A stretch of 64,000 nt of DNA from an uncultured Sphingomonas sp. (GTDB lineage Bacteria; Pseudomonadota; Alphaproteobacteria; Sphingomonadales; Sphingomonadaceae), in NCBI RefSeq assembly GCF_913776855.1, contig NZ_CAJYQD010000042.1:7948-71947 (forward strand). Reading direction: 5' to 3'. This document shows, one piece after another, positions 29,509 to 39,660 of the stretch. A program made the position numbers and the translations under genes. The notes beneath the pieces are model-generated. The model worked only from the letters and a program-made list of their open reading frames with translations. It was not told the DNA's origin and did not search any database. The stretch's first letter is position 1; each line of letters starts with the position of its first letter.

Positions 29509-29538
29509 GCCCGCATATGTAGAAGGGACGGCGCACGA

Positions 29539-31086
29539 ATGGAACGGGTGCTGATCCCGATACTGGGCGATCAATTGTCGTTTGCGCTGTCGTCCCTGGA
29601 CGACGCCGACCCCGACACCGCCACGATCCTGATGATGGAGGTGGTCGAGGAAGCGACCTATGTCCGCCACCACCCCAAGAAGATAGCCTTCCTGTTCGCC
29701 GCGATGCGCCACCATGCCGCCGCGCTGGCAGAGAAGGGCTGGAGCGTCGATTACGTCCGGCTGGACGATCCCGACAATGCCGGCAGCTTCACCGGAGAGA
29801 TCGCGCGCGCGGTCGAGCGCCACGACCCGACCCGGATCATCGTCACCGAAGCCGGCGAATGGCGGGTGCAGGCGATGCTGGAGGCGTGGGAGACGATCTT
29901 CGGCATCCCCGTATCGATCCGTCCCGACACGCGCTTCGTATGTTCGCACGACCGCTTCAAGGCATGGGCCGACGACCGGCGCGAATTGCGCATGGAATTC
30001 TTCTATCGCGAGATGCGACGCGAAACCGGACTGTTGATGGACGGTGCCAAGCCGGTCGGCGGCAAATGGAATTTCGACCACGACAATCGCAAGCCGGCCA
30101 AGCGCGACCTGCTGATCCCCCGTCCGCTGTCGTTCCAGCCCGACGCCATGACGCAGGAGGTGCTGGCGCTGGTTGCCGACCGGTTCGGCGATCATGCCGG
30201 GACGCTCGACGGGTTCGACTTCGCGGTCACCCGCAAAGACGCCCTGCGCCAGCAACGCGCGTTCCTGACCCACGCGCTGCCCGGCTTCGGCGACAACCAG
30301 GACGCGATGCTGACCGGCGAACCCTATCTGTGGCACGCGGTCCTATCGCCCTATATCAACGCCGGGCTGCTCGACCCGCTCGATCTATGCAAGGCGGTCG
30401 AAAAGGAGTTTGCGGCGGGCAAGGTGCCGATCAATGCGGCGGAGGGCTTTATCCGCCAGATCATCGGCTGGCGCGAATTCGTGCGCGGCATCTATTGGCG
30501 CGAGGGGCCGGACTATGTGGAGCGCAACTTCCTCGGCGCGACCCGCGACCTGCCGGCCTTCTACTGGACCGGCGAGACCGACATGCACTGCCTGTCCCAG
30601 GCGATCGGCCAGACGCTGGACAAGGCCTATGCGCACCACATTCAGCGGTTGATGATCACCGGCAATTTCGCGCTGCTGATCGGCGTCGACCCCAGCCAGG
30701 TGCATCGCTGGTATCTGGAAGTCTATGCCGATGCCTATGAATGGGTCGAGCTGCCCAATACGCTGGGGATGAGCCAGTTCGGCGATGGCGGGCTGCTGGG
30801 GTCGAAACCCTATGCGTCGTCGGGCGCCTATATCGACCGGATGTCGGATTATTGCCGGTCGTGCCGTTATGACGTGAAACAACGCAACGGCCCCGACGCC
30901 TGTCCGTTCAACGCCCTCTACTGGGACTTCATCGCCCGCAACCGGGAAAAGCTCGGCCGCAATCCGCGCATGGCGATGCCGTACCGGACCTGGGACAAGA
31001 TGACCGAGGAGACGCAGCGCGAGCTGCGCGGGCAGGCGAAGGGGTTTCTGGCGAAGCTCGACAAGTTGCCGAAGTACGAGGGGTAG
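29539..31086 (+). CDS. FeS-BCP cryptochrome/(6-4) photolyase (PhrB-like)
   Basis: [38 protein letters not shown], and four Cys (MHCL, YCRSC, ACPF). Confidence 0.9.
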   Translation: MERVLIPILGDQLSFALSSLDDADPDTATILMMEVVEEATYVRHHPKKIAFLFAAMRHHAAALAEKGWSVDYVRLDDPDNAGSFTGEIARAVERHDPTRIIVTEAGEWRVQAMLEAWETIFGIPVSIRPDTRFVCSHDRFKAWADDRRELRMEFFYREMRRETGLLMDGAKPVGGKWNFDHDNRKPAKRDLLIPRPLSFQPDAMTQEVLALVADRFGDHAGTLDGFDFAVTRKDALRQQRAFLTHALPGFGDNQDAMLTGEPYLWHAVLSPYINAGLLDPLDLCKAVEKEFAAGKVPINAAEGFIRQIIGWREFVRGIYWREGPDYVERNFLGATRDLPAFYWTGETDMHCLSQAIGQTLDKAYAHHIQRLMITGNFALLIGVDPSQVHRWYLEVYADAYEWVELPNTLGMSQFGDGGLLGSKPYASSGAYIDRMSDYCRSCRYDVKQRNGPDACPFNALYWDFIARNREKLGRNPRMAMPYRTWDKMTEETQRELRGQAKGFLAKLDKLPKYEG

Positions 31087-31100
31087 CGTCCTCCTTCTTT

Positions 31101-31128
31101 CGTCATTCCCGCGAAGGCGGGAATGACG
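31101..31128. repeat. CGTC-class REP unit
   Basis: cgtcattcccgc-gaag-gcgggaatgacg, perfect hairpin. Confidence 0.85.
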
Positions 31129-31203
31129 AACGATACGTGCTGTCAGGCAGCGAGGCGCATCCCGGCGCTTGACCCATCGCTCCGCACGCCTAAGCCTTCC
31201 CTC

Positions 31204-32034
31204 ATGCAACCGCTCGTCTCCACCGCATGGCTTGCCGACCGGCTCGGCACCCCCGGCCTCGTCGTCCTCGACGCGACCTTCGTGGCCGTCCAGCCCGATC
31301 CCCCCCGCGACGAAGCCGCCGAATTTGCCGCGGCGCATATTCCGGGCGCGCGCTTCCTCGACCTGCGCGCGCTGTCGACGGGCCAGGCGACCTCGTTGCC
31401 CGCGGCAGAGAAGCTGGCGGCGCGGCTGGGGGCGCTGGGGCTGAACGACGATGTGCAGGTCGTGCTGTATGACAATTCGCCGCACCACACGGCGGCGCGG
31501 GGCTGGTGGTTGCTGCGGCGCTTTGCCCGCGCGCTGCCGGTCGCAATTCTCGATGGCGGGCTGGCGAAATGGCGGGCCGAAGGGCGCGCGGTCGAAGCCG
31601 GCATGGATCAGCCGACGCCGACCCGCTTCGCCGCCGATCCCGACCTGGCCCCGGTGCGGACCAAGGCGATGGTGCTGGCGTCGCTCGACAAGGATGCGAC
31701 GCAGCTGGTCGATGCGCGTTCGCCCGCACGTTTCGACGGGAGCGAGGCCGATCCGCGTGGCCTGCCCTCCGGCCATATTCCCGGCAGCACCAACCTGCAT
31801 TACGCCCGCTTCTTCCACGACGATGGAACGTGGCGGTCGCCGCAGGAACTTGCCGCCCTGTTCGCCGATGCCGGAATCGATCTCGACCGCCCGGTGACGA
31901 CGACCTGCGGGTCGGGGGTTACCGCCGCGATCCCAGCGTTTGCACTGCACCTGCTGGGCCGCGATGCGGCGCTGTACGATGGCAGCTGGACCGAATGGGC
32001 CGCCGATCCACAGACGCCGAAGGTGACCGCATGA
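31204..32034 (+). CDS. sseA: Sulfurtransferase (SseA/3-mercaptopyruvate type, two rhodanese domains)
   Basis: HIPGA, DARSPARF, GHIPGS, CGSGVTA, YDGSWTEW. Confidence 0.88.
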   Translation: MQPLVSTAWLADRLGTPGLVVLDATFVAVQPDPPRDEAAEFAAAHIPGARFLDLRALSTGQATSLPAAEKLAARLGALGLNDDVQVVLYDNSPHHTAARGWWLLRRFARALPVAILDGGLAKWRAEGRAVEAGMDQPTPTRFAADPDLAPVRTKAMVLASLDKDATQLVDARSPARFDGSEADPRGLPSGHIPGSTNLHYARFFHDDGTWRSPQELAALFADAGIDLDRPVTTTCGSGVTAAIPAFALHLLGRDAALYDGSWTEWAADPQTPKVTA

Positions 32035-33224
32035 GCGCCGCCGATCCATCCCACGCGCCTGAGACGCAGGTCGTCACCGGTGGCCGTCGCGACGAATGGA
32101 CCGGTGGCGTGGTCAACGTGCCGGTCTGGCGCGCCTCGACGATCCTGTACGACGATGTCGCCGACCTGCGCGCGGCTGCAGGCGCGCATACGCATCATCG
32201 GCTCTATTACGGCCGGCGCGGCACGCCGACGCAATGGTCGCTGGCCGAGGCACTGACCGAGCTGGAGCCGGGTGCCGAGGGCACGTTGCTCTATCCCTCC
32301 GGCGTCGCGGCGATCACCACCGCGCTGCTGGCGTTTCTCAAGCCGGGCGATCACCTGCTGCTGCCCGACAGCGCCTATGACCCGACCCGCGCCTTTGCCC
32401 AGGGTATCCTGAAGACGATCGGGGTCACTACCACCCTCTACGACCCGACGATCGGGGCCGGGATCGCCGATCTGATGACCCCGGCGACAAGGGTGTTGTT
32501 CCTCGAAAGCCCCGGCAGCCTCACCTTCGAAGTGCAGGACGTGCCGGCGATGACGGCCATCGCGCGGGAACGGGGCATCACCACGATCCTAGACAATACC
32601 TGGGCCACGCCGCTGCTGTTCCCGGCGATGGCGCATGGTGTGGACGTGACGATCATGGCCTGCACCAAATATGTCGTCGGCCATTCCGATGCGATGCTGG
32701 GATCGGCCACCGCCGTCGCCTCGCATTGGCAAGCGTTGCGCGACGCGACCTATCAGCTGGGGCAGCATGTCGGGCCGGACGATGCCGCGCTGGGCGCACG
32801 CGGGCTGCGGACCATGGCGGTGCGGCTGAAACAGCATGGCGACTCGTCGATCCGCATCGCGCAGTGGCTGGCCGAGCAACCCGAGGTCGCACGCGTACTG
32901 CATCCCGCCCTGCCCGGCTGTCCGGGGCACGGCATCTTCGCCCGCGATTTCCGGGGCAGCGCCGGGCTGTTCGCCTTCGTCCTGAACGGGGGCAGCGATG
33001 CCGGGCGGGTGGCGTTGATCGACGGGCTGAAGCTGTTCGGCATCGGTTATAGCTGGGGCGGGTTCGAAAGCCTCGCCTTGCCGATCGACCCGCATCGCTA
33101 TCGCAGCGTCACGCGGGCGGAGGCCGAGGGGCCGATGATCCGGTTGCAGATCGGGCTGGAGAATGTCGACGACCTGATCGCCGACCTTGCCGCCGGCCTT
33201 GCGCGGTTTCGGGCAGCGGCGTGA
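32031..33224 (+). CDS. metC: Cystathionine beta-lyase
   Basis: YYGRRGTPT, ESPGSLTFEVQD, DNTWATP, TKYVVGHSD, GYSWGGFESL. Confidence 0.92.
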   Translation: MSAADPSHAPETQVVTGGRRDEWTGGVVNVPVWRASTILYDDVADLRAAAGAHTHHRLYYGRRGTPTQWSLAEALTELEPGAEGTLLYPSGVAAITTALLAFLKPGDHLLLPDSAYDPTRAFAQGILKTIGVTTTLYDPTIGAGIADLMTPATRVLFLESPGSLTFEVQDVPAMTAIARERGITTILDNTWATPLLFPAMAHGVDVTIMACTKYVVGHSDAMLGSATAVASHWQALRDATYQLGQHVGPDDAALGARGLRTMAVRLKQHGDSSIRIAQWLAEQPEVARVLHPALPGCPGHGIFARDFRGSAGLFAFVLNGGSDAGRVALIDGLKLFGIGYSWGGFESLALPIDPHRYRSVTRAEAEGPMIRLQIGLENVDDLIADLAAGLARFRAAA

Positions 33225-34501
33225 ACGATCTGGCCGCCGGGCTGGCCGGACAGGGTTTGCCGGTGGCCGATGGGCGCGAACTGGCCGAGGCCGGTGTGGT
33301 GCTGGGGCTGGTACTGTTGTCGCTGCTGCTCGGCTGGCTGGCCGGGCGCTGGGCGGGGCCGCGCCTGACCGATTTGTGGCGGCAGCGGGTCGGGGATCAC
33401 GTCGTCGGCCTTGCCGAGCGGATGTGCGACATCGTCCGGCACCTGGTGGCGGTGATCGCGCTCGCCCTGGTGGCGCAGGTCCGCGACTGGGGCGCGCTGG
33501 CGGACATCGTCGTCGGTGTTGCGCTGGGCGCGGCGGTCGGCCGCCTTGCCATGCAGTTGCTGCGCGGCGTCAATCTGGCGCGCTGGCTGGCCTGGGCGGT
33601 GTCGTCGATCCTGTTCGTCGCGGTGCTGGCCGGATCGGTCGGCGGGTTGGAGCCGATCACCACCACGCTCGACGCGATTGGTTTTTCGGTCGGCCGCCGC
33701 CGCCTGTCGCTGCTGGCACTGGTCAGCGCGCTGCTGACGGCGGTCGTCCTCTATGCTGCCGTGCGTGTCACCAACAAGCTGATCGGCCATGCGGTCGGGC
33801 AGGCCAGGAGCTTCGACCCCGCACAGAAACTGCTGGCGCAGAAGCTGGCGTCGATCGCGGTCATCATCACCGCCTTCTTCTTCGGGATCGACCTGCTCGG
33901 CATCGACCTGACCACCTTTGCGATCTTTTCGGGCGGGCTCGGCCTTGCGGTCGGCTTCGGGTTGCAGAAGACGGTCGGCAACCTGATCGCCGGCATCATC
34001 CTGTTGATGGACCGGTCGATCAAGCCGGGCGACGTGATCGTCGTCGGCGACAGCTTCGGCTGGGTGAACAAGATCGGGGTGCGCGCGGTGTCAGTCATCA
34101 CCCGCGACGGCAAGGAACACCTGATCCCCAACGAAAACCTGATGACGCAGGAGGTGGAGAACTGGTCCTTTTCCGATCGTAACGTCCGGGTGCGCATTCC
34201 CGTCGGGGTCGGCTATGAAACCGACCTCAGGCTGGCGCAGAAGCTGATGCTGCAGGCCGCGACCGAAAGCGCGCGGGTGCTGCGCAGCCCGGCGCCCAAT
34301 GTCTGGCTGCTCTCCTACGGCGAATATGCCGTCGAACATGAAATCCTGGCGTGGATCAGCGATCCCGAACAGGGGGTGGGGAATGTCCGGTCGGACGTCC
34401 TCAACCGGTTATGGGACCTGTTCGCCGAGCATGACATCAAGATTCCGGTGCCCCGGCGGGAGGTGATGTTCCGCGACGGGTTGACGGTGAGGAAGGACTG
34501 A
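33221..34501 (+). CDS. MscS-family mechanosensitive channel
   Basis: GLAVGFGLQKTVGNLIAGIILLMDRSIKPGD, LIPNENL. Confidence 0.9.
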   Translation: MNDLAAGLAGQGLPVADGRELAEAGVVLGLVLLSLLLGWLAGRWAGPRLTDLWRQRVGDHVVGLAERMCDIVRHLVAVIALALVAQVRDWGALADIVVGVALGAAVGRLAMQLLRGVNLARWLAWAVSSILFVAVLAGSVGGLEPITTTLDAIGFSVGRRRLSLLALVSALLTAVVLYAAVRVTNKLIGHAVGQARSFDPAQKLLAQKLASIAVIITAFFFGIDLLGIDLTTFAIFSGGLGLAVGFGLQKTVGNLIAGIILLMDRSIKPGDVIVVGDSFGWVNKIGVRAVSVITRDGKEHLIPNENLMTQEVENWSFSDRNVRVRIPVGVGYETDLRLAQKLMLQAATESARVLRSPAPNVWLLSYGEYAVEHEILAWISDPEQGVGNVRSDVLNRLWDLFAEHDIKIPVPRREVMFRDGLTVRKD

Positions 34502-34579
34502 ACCGCTCGTCCTTCCGGCCTGTGCCGGGATGAGGTCGGGGACTACCCGACCGGGGCTTCACCTCCTATCTTGCCACCC

Positions 34580-35710
34580 GTGACAGCCATCACCGCCCGT
34601 ATCGCCGAGGGCGTCCGCGCCGTACCCGCCGACCAGTGGGACGCCTGCGCGGGCAAGGGCAATCCGTTCCTGTCGCACGCCTTCCTGTCGGCGCTGGAAG
34701 AATCGGGCAGCGTCGGCCCCGGATCGGGGTGGCAGCCGCTGCCGATCATCGTCGGCGATGCCGATGGCGTGCCGCAGGCGATCGCGCCGGCCTATGCCAA
34801 GGGGCACAGCCAGGGTGAATATGTGTTCGACCATGCCTGGGCCGACGCATGGGAGCGGGCCGGGGGCGACTATTATCCCAAGCTGCAGATCGCGGTGCCC
34901 TTCACCCCCGTGCCCGGCCCGCGACTGTTGCTGCGCGAAGGTGCCGACCCCAGCGCGCTGATCGGCGCTGTGGAGGCGGTGGTGCGGCAGAATGGCCTGT
35001 CGTCGGCCCATGCGACCTTTGTCGATGAGGCGCAGTTGCCCGCGTTCGAGGCGGCGGGCTGGCTGATGCGGGCAGGCACGCAGTTCCACTGGGCCAATCG
35101 CGGCTATGGCAGCTTCGACGACTTCCTCGCCGACCTTGCCAGCCGCAAGCGCAAGGCGATCCGCAAGGAACGCGCCGCCGCGATCGAGGGGCTGACCGTC
35201 CGGCACCTGAGCGGTTGCGACCTTACCGAGGCGCATTGGGACGCCTTCTGGGCATTCTATCAGGACACCGGCAGCCGCAAATGGGGCCGCCCCTACCTCA
35301 CCCGCCGCTTCTTCTCGTTGTTGTCTGAACGGATGGGCGACGACGTGTTGCTGATCCTCGCCGAACGCGATGGGCGGCCGATCGCGGGGGCGCTCAATCT
35401 GATCGGAAGCGATGCGCTCTACGGGCGCTATTGGGGCGCGGTGGAGGAGGTGCCGTTCCTCCATTTCGAACTATGCTATTACCAGGCGATCGACGCCGCC
35501 ATCGCGCGGCGGCTGCAGCGGGTCGAGGCGGGGGCACAGGGCGAACACAAGCTGGCGCGGGGCTATGTGCCGGTTACCACCTGGTCGGCGCATTTCCTGC
35601 CCGATCCGGGGTTCCGCGCGGCGGTCGCCGAGTTTCTGGAACGGGAGCGCGCGGCGGTGGGGCAGGAACAGGCGTTCCTGAACGACCTGACGCCGTTCAA
35701 GCGGGCATAG
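34580..35710 (+). CDS. GNAT/FemAB-like protein (DUF482)
   Basis: HSQGEYVFDHAWA, YYPKLQIAVPFTP, YGRYWG, LHFELCYY, EAGAQGEHKLARG. Confidence 0.9.
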   Translation: MTAITARIAEGVRAVPADQWDACAGKGNPFLSHAFLSALEESGSVGPGSGWQPLPIIVGDADGVPQAIAPAYAKGHSQGEYVFDHAWADAWERAGGDYYPKLQIAVPFTPVPGPRLLLREGADPSALIGAVEAVVRQNGLSSAHATFVDEAQLPAFEAAGWLMRAGTQFHWANRGYGSFDDFLADLASRKRKAIRKERAAAIEGLTVRHLSGCDLTEAHWDAFWAFYQDTGSRKWGRPYLTRRFFSLLSERMGDDVLLILAERDGRPIAGALNLIGSDALYGRYWGAVEEVPFLHFELCYYQAIDAAIARRLQRVEAGAQGEHKLARGYVPVTTWSAHFLPDPGFRAAVAEFLERERAAVGQEQAFLNDLTPFKRA

Positions 35711-35772
35711 GGTCCGATCGACCCAGACAGCGGGGGCGCCCCCGGCGGATACGACGCCCGGTGCGACCCGCC

Positions 35773-36099
35773 CTACTTCTTGCCCATCAGTCCGCCGAGG
35801 CCGCCGGGCAGCATGTCGCCGATCCCGCCCAGCGCACCCGGATTGACATCGAGGCCCAGCATCTGCGCGAACTGGCCGAGCGCGTCGGGGCCGCCGACTT
35901 CGGACAGGATCGCCTCGATCTGGTGGCGCGATACGCCGCTATGGTCGGCGGCCTCCTGTGCCGGATCGGCATGGCCGGCAAATTTTGCCAGCAGGCCAAG
36001 GACAGTCTGCACCTGCTCCTGCGAAATTCCCGCCTTGTCGGCAATGGCGGGCAGGTCAAATTGGCCGGCCAGCTTCAGGGCGTTGTTCAGCAGGTCCAT
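35773..36099 (-). CDS. Small Gly/Ala-rich hypothetical protein
   Basis: 108 aa; start overlaps the stop of the upstream membrane gene (TGATG); GAGGA SD. Confidence 0.65.
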   Translation of the reverse strand: MDLLNNALKLAGQFDLPAIADKAGISQEQVQTVLGLLAKFAGHADPAQEAADHSGVSRHQIEAILSEVGGPDALGQFAQMLGLDVNPGALGGIGDMLPGGLGGLMGKK

Positions 36100-37742
36100 C
36101 AGTTTTTCCTCAACGGTTCGTTGGCCGCCATCTGTCGCGACGGGCGGCGGCGGGGTTTGGCGAACGGACGATTGCCCAGATCGCTCCATGTCAGCACGGG
36201 CGGCGGCACATTATGGTCGATCCGGAACAGCGCGCTGCGCCCGTTCCGCCACACCGGCACCAGCCCCTGTTCCAGCCGCCGGTCATAGTTGGGCGGCCGG
36301 ATCAGCCATACGTAATCGAACGCATCGCGCGGGAATTTGTACAGCGCACCGGCGATCGGCCGCCAATATTCGCGCGGGCATTTGACGTCGGTGACCAGTT
36401 CGGACGGATCGTGCGAAAACCCGCGCGCTTGCTGGTACCTGACCGTCAGCATCTGTCCGCCGGCCATCGACCATTGATCGTTGGCATAGGCCAGCCGCCG
36501 GGCCAGCGCCATGCCGGGCAGATGCTGCAGCCGGGTCATGCGCCATTCGTTGTAGCAGGTTTCCCCGACGAAGGTGACCAGCCGCGCGCCGACCGGCACA
36601 TGGTCCAGCGCCGCCAGCTCGCGGTCGTAATCGCGGTCGTACAACCAGAAGCTGGCCGTCGTCGCGCCCATCCGCCCGACGAAGATCGCCAGCCCGATCG
36701 CCGCCAGCACGCCGGCATGGCGGATCGACAGGCCGGGCTTGGGCCGAAGCGCGATCAGACAGATCCCGAACAGATACGGCACCAGCCGCATATCGGCATA
36801 GGCCGACCCGAACACGATACGCGGCAGCAGGACATAGACCGCGATCAGGAACAGCGCCGACAGGCCCAGGTTGCGCGAATAGCCGATGTTGGGATCGCGC
36901 AACCCCTTGAACAGCACGAGGTAGAAGACCGCGACCGAGGCGAGGTCGTAAAGCTGCCAGCGGTCGCGCAGCGTCATCGTCATCCACTGCATCTTCGCGC
37001 GCCAGTTGAACCAGTCGGCGGTCTGTCCGCCGACATGGCCGCCCGATCGCCACAACAGCATCAGCAGGGCAGGCGGCGCGAGGACGAGGCAATGGAGGCC
37101 GGCATGGAAGGCGGCGGCGAACCAGTTGCGGCGCTTGTCATGTTCGCGAATCAGTTCGGCCGAGGCGGCAAGCACGCCCAGCGTCCCCCAGCCAAAGGTA
37201 TGCGTCAGCCAGATCAGCCCGCCGATCGGCACGAACACGACGCCGCGCAGCACCAGCCGCCCCTGCCGCCCCAGCCGCAGCCACAACGCAAAGGCGTTGA
37301 GCGCCAGCGCCATCGACAGCGCGAAATTGGCGAAACCGAAATGGAACGGAAAGCTGTAGACGATCGGCAGCGCGAACAGCGCGGTCGCGGGAATGCGGCC
37401 ATGCACCTCGCGCGCGATCCACAGCAATCCGATGGCGGTCAGCGGCGGGATCGCCAGGATGATGAGCTTGACCGCCGGTTCGAGGCCGATCAGCGGTTCG
37501 AGCAGCCATACGAGCAGGTCGACGCCGAGGTTGCCGATCAGGCTCCAGTCGAAATTATACCAGTCATGGAACCATGGCGCCTGTCCGGTGTCCCACAATT
37601 GCTGGACCCGGTATCGGCCCATATGCCCCGGCAGGTCGACCATCGGCGGAATGTCGGGCCATAGCAGCGGCACCGCCGCCAGCACCGCCATCAGCGCGAC
37701 GAACCATCGCGTCTGCCACCAATTGAGCCTGTCCCCCTGCAT
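36099..37742 (-). CDS. Multi-pass membrane protein, GT-C-like
   Basis: About 11-12 hydrophobic segments, PPMVDLPGH loop after TM1, soluble C-terminal domain. Confidence 0.65.
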   Translation of the reverse strand: MQGDRLNWWQTRWFVALMAVLAAVPLLWPDIPPMVDLPGHMGRYRVQQLWDTGQAPWFHDWYNFDWSLIGNLGVDLLVWLLEPLIGLEPAVKLIILAIPPLTAIGLLWIAREVHGRIPATALFALPIVYSFPFHFGFANFALSMALALNAFALWLRLGRQGRLVLRGVVFVPIGGLIWLTHTFGWGTLGVLAASAELIREHDKRRNWFAAAFHAGLHCLVLAPPALLMLLWRSGGHVGGQTADWFNWRAKMQWMTMTLRDRWQLYDLASVAVFYLVLFKGLRDPNIGYSRNLGLSALFLIAVYVLLPRIVFGSAYADMRLVPYLFGICLIALRPKPGLSIRHAGVLAAIGLAIFVGRMGATTASFWLYDRDYDRELAALDHVPVGARLVTFVGETCYNEWRMTRLQHLPGMALARRLAYANDQWSMAGGQMLTVRYQQARGFSHDPSELVTDVKCPREYWRPIAGALYKFPRDAFDYVWLIRPPNYDRRLEQGLVPVWRNGRSALFRIDHNVPPPVLTWSDLGNRPFAKPRRRPSRQMAANEPLRKN

Positions 37743-37751
37743 CGGGCGCTT

Positions 37752-39554
37752 TTAGAGGCGCGAAGGGGGTTCCGGCAAGCGTCCGCGCACTTTGAAGAAC
37801 AGCATCGATCCGGGCAGCGGAATCGGTTCCAGCCATGCCGGCACGCGGCCGGCTTGCAACGCCTCCACTAGGCTGCCGGGGCGATAGGGCGCGAGTTCGG
37901 TTTCGTGCATGATATCGGGGCATAGCGCGACATAGTCGACGCCCGACCGGCGGGCGAACGCGGCGGCGCGCTCGGGCGGGGCGAGGAAGAAGCGATAGGC
38001 GGCCATGTTGCCGCGATTGTTGCGGTGATAGCCCGCCGCCCATACGCGGTGCGGCGTCATGCCGATCAGGTAGGAGCCGAGATCGATCGGCGCGACCACC
38101 AGCCCGCGCGGCTGCCGGGCGATCGCGACGAACTGGTCGGCGGTGGTGCAGCGCCCGACATTCGCCCGCACGACCATCACCGGCTGCGCCAGCACCGCAT
38201 CCATCTGTTTCGACACGGCGAGATAGGTGACGCCCGCGCCCAGCAGCCACAACAGCAGACGGCGCGGCATCTTGTCCGCCGCGCCGCGCGTCGCGGCGAT
38301 CGCGATAGCGAACGGGATCGCGGCGAGTCCCGCCAGGATATAGGTCACGCGGATCTGCAGGATCGCGGCGACCGCGCTGATCGCCAGCACGATCGCAAAG
38401 GCGATGGCCGCGCGCGCCCGCCATCCGCCGCGGATCGCCTGCACCACGGCCAGCGCGCTGCCGATCAGCGACAGGCTGCCATAGGCGACGACGGTGCCCA
38501 GCGTATCCTGCCCGACGAACAGCCCGCGTGCCTCGCTGACATTGCTCATCCACACCTGCTTCAGGAACGGGGTGAGCGCGTCATAGGGGCCGGCCAAGCA
38601 CACCATCGACGTCCGCGATACCGACCATGCGACGACGCATCCGACCCCGGCTGCGACGGCAAGGCGCGGCACCACGCCGCGCAGGCGCGGCCCGGCCAGC
38701 CCCAGCACCCCCCACCCGGCGGCCAGCGCCAGCGTCGCGCTGGTCGAGGCGGGGGTGAAGCCGTCGCACCATTCGCGCGGCCAGACATAGGGATGCATGA
38801 ACGCCAGCATCAGGCCGGTCGTCCCCGCCAGCGCGATACCGAAGCTGAGCGCGCGGCCATCCTCGCGCCCGTCGCCGGTCAGCCACAGCCAGCCGAGCGC
38901 CGCCATCACCGCGACCAGTTCGGGTGCCGCTTCGAGGCCGATGGCAAGGCTGGCGGCAACGATCAGCCCCATCGCCGCGCCGGCCGCACGCGACGGTGCG
39001 CGCAACAGGCCGTCGACCAGCGCTAGCATCAGCACGATCTGCAGCGCATGGTGGTCGATCCGACCGGGGATGAACAGGCTGATCGTCGGAAAGGCGAGCG
39101 CGGCAAGGATCACCGCGACCGGTCGGGCGGCGGGGCCATGCAGCTGGCCGGCGATGCGCGCGGCGATCAGCAGATAGCAGAAGAACAGCAGCGCCGGCCA
39201 CGCGATCACCATCGCGACCTCGGCACCGTGCGTGCCGATCAGCGGCGTCAGCGCCAGGATCATCGCGGCGGGCACCGCATCGGCCAGTCGCGACCAGTGC
39301 ATCGACGCGCCGCCCGGCGGCCCCAGCCGATGCTGCATCAGGTCGTTGAACGCCTGCCCCCCGATCCAGTCGCGAATCTCCGCCAGGCGCATCATGTCGT
39401 CATTGTCGGGCAGGCGCAGATGGCGCAGCGCCGCCCATTCCTTGATCGTCCACGCGGCGGTCAGCAGCAGCACGAGACCCAGCGCAAGCAGCGCGACAGG
39501 CCAGAAGCGGCGGTGCGTCGGGGTGGCAGGTGCCGGGGCAGGATCAGCGGTCAT
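37752..39554 (-). CDS. STT3/AglB-like GT-C membrane glycosyltransferase
   Basis: DNDDMMRL after TM1, GRIDHH, NVSE, about 13 TMs, C-terminal VVAPIDLGSYL...HRVWA. Confidence 0.6.
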   Translation of the reverse strand: MTADPAPAPATPTHRRFWPVALLALGLVLLLTAAWTIKEWAALRHLRLPDNDDMMRLAEIRDWIGGQAFNDLMQHRLGPPGGASMHWSRLADAVPAAMILALTPLIGTHGAEVAMVIAWPALLFFCYLLIAARIAGQLHGPAARPVAVILAALAFPTISLFIPGRIDHHALQIVLMLALVDGLLRAPSRAAGAAMGLIVAASLAIGLEAAPELVAVMAALGWLWLTGDGREDGRALSFGIALAGTTGLMLAFMHPYVWPREWCDGFTPASTSATLALAAGWGVLGLAGPRLRGVVPRLAVAAGVGCVVAWSVSRTSMVCLAGPYDALTPFLKQVWMSNVSEARGLFVGQDTLGTVVAYGSLSLIGSALAVVQAIRGGWRARAAIAFAIVLAISAVAAILQIRVTYILAGLAAIPFAIAIAATRGAADKMPRRLLLWLLGAGVTYLAVSKQMDAVLAQPVMVVRANVGRCTTADQFVAIARQPRGLVVAPIDLGSYLIGMTPHRVWAAGYHRNNRGNMAAYRFFLAPPERAAAFARRSGVDYVALCPDIMHETELAPYRPGSLVEALQAGRVPAWLEPIPLPGSMLFFKVRGRLPEPPSRL

Positions 39555-39660
39555 GGGACGGCATGTCGCCGCAACATGCTTAATTTCGGGTATAGCGTTA
39601 ACCGAGTCTTCGTCGTTTTGCCCGCACCATCGCCGGACGATCCCGCCGCTGGAGCAACCG

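Noticed and set aside
29509-29538. preQ1 riboswitch upstream of queF
   Set aside because: There are only 30 bp before the divergent photolyase start, and no preQ1 stem with an A-rich tail.
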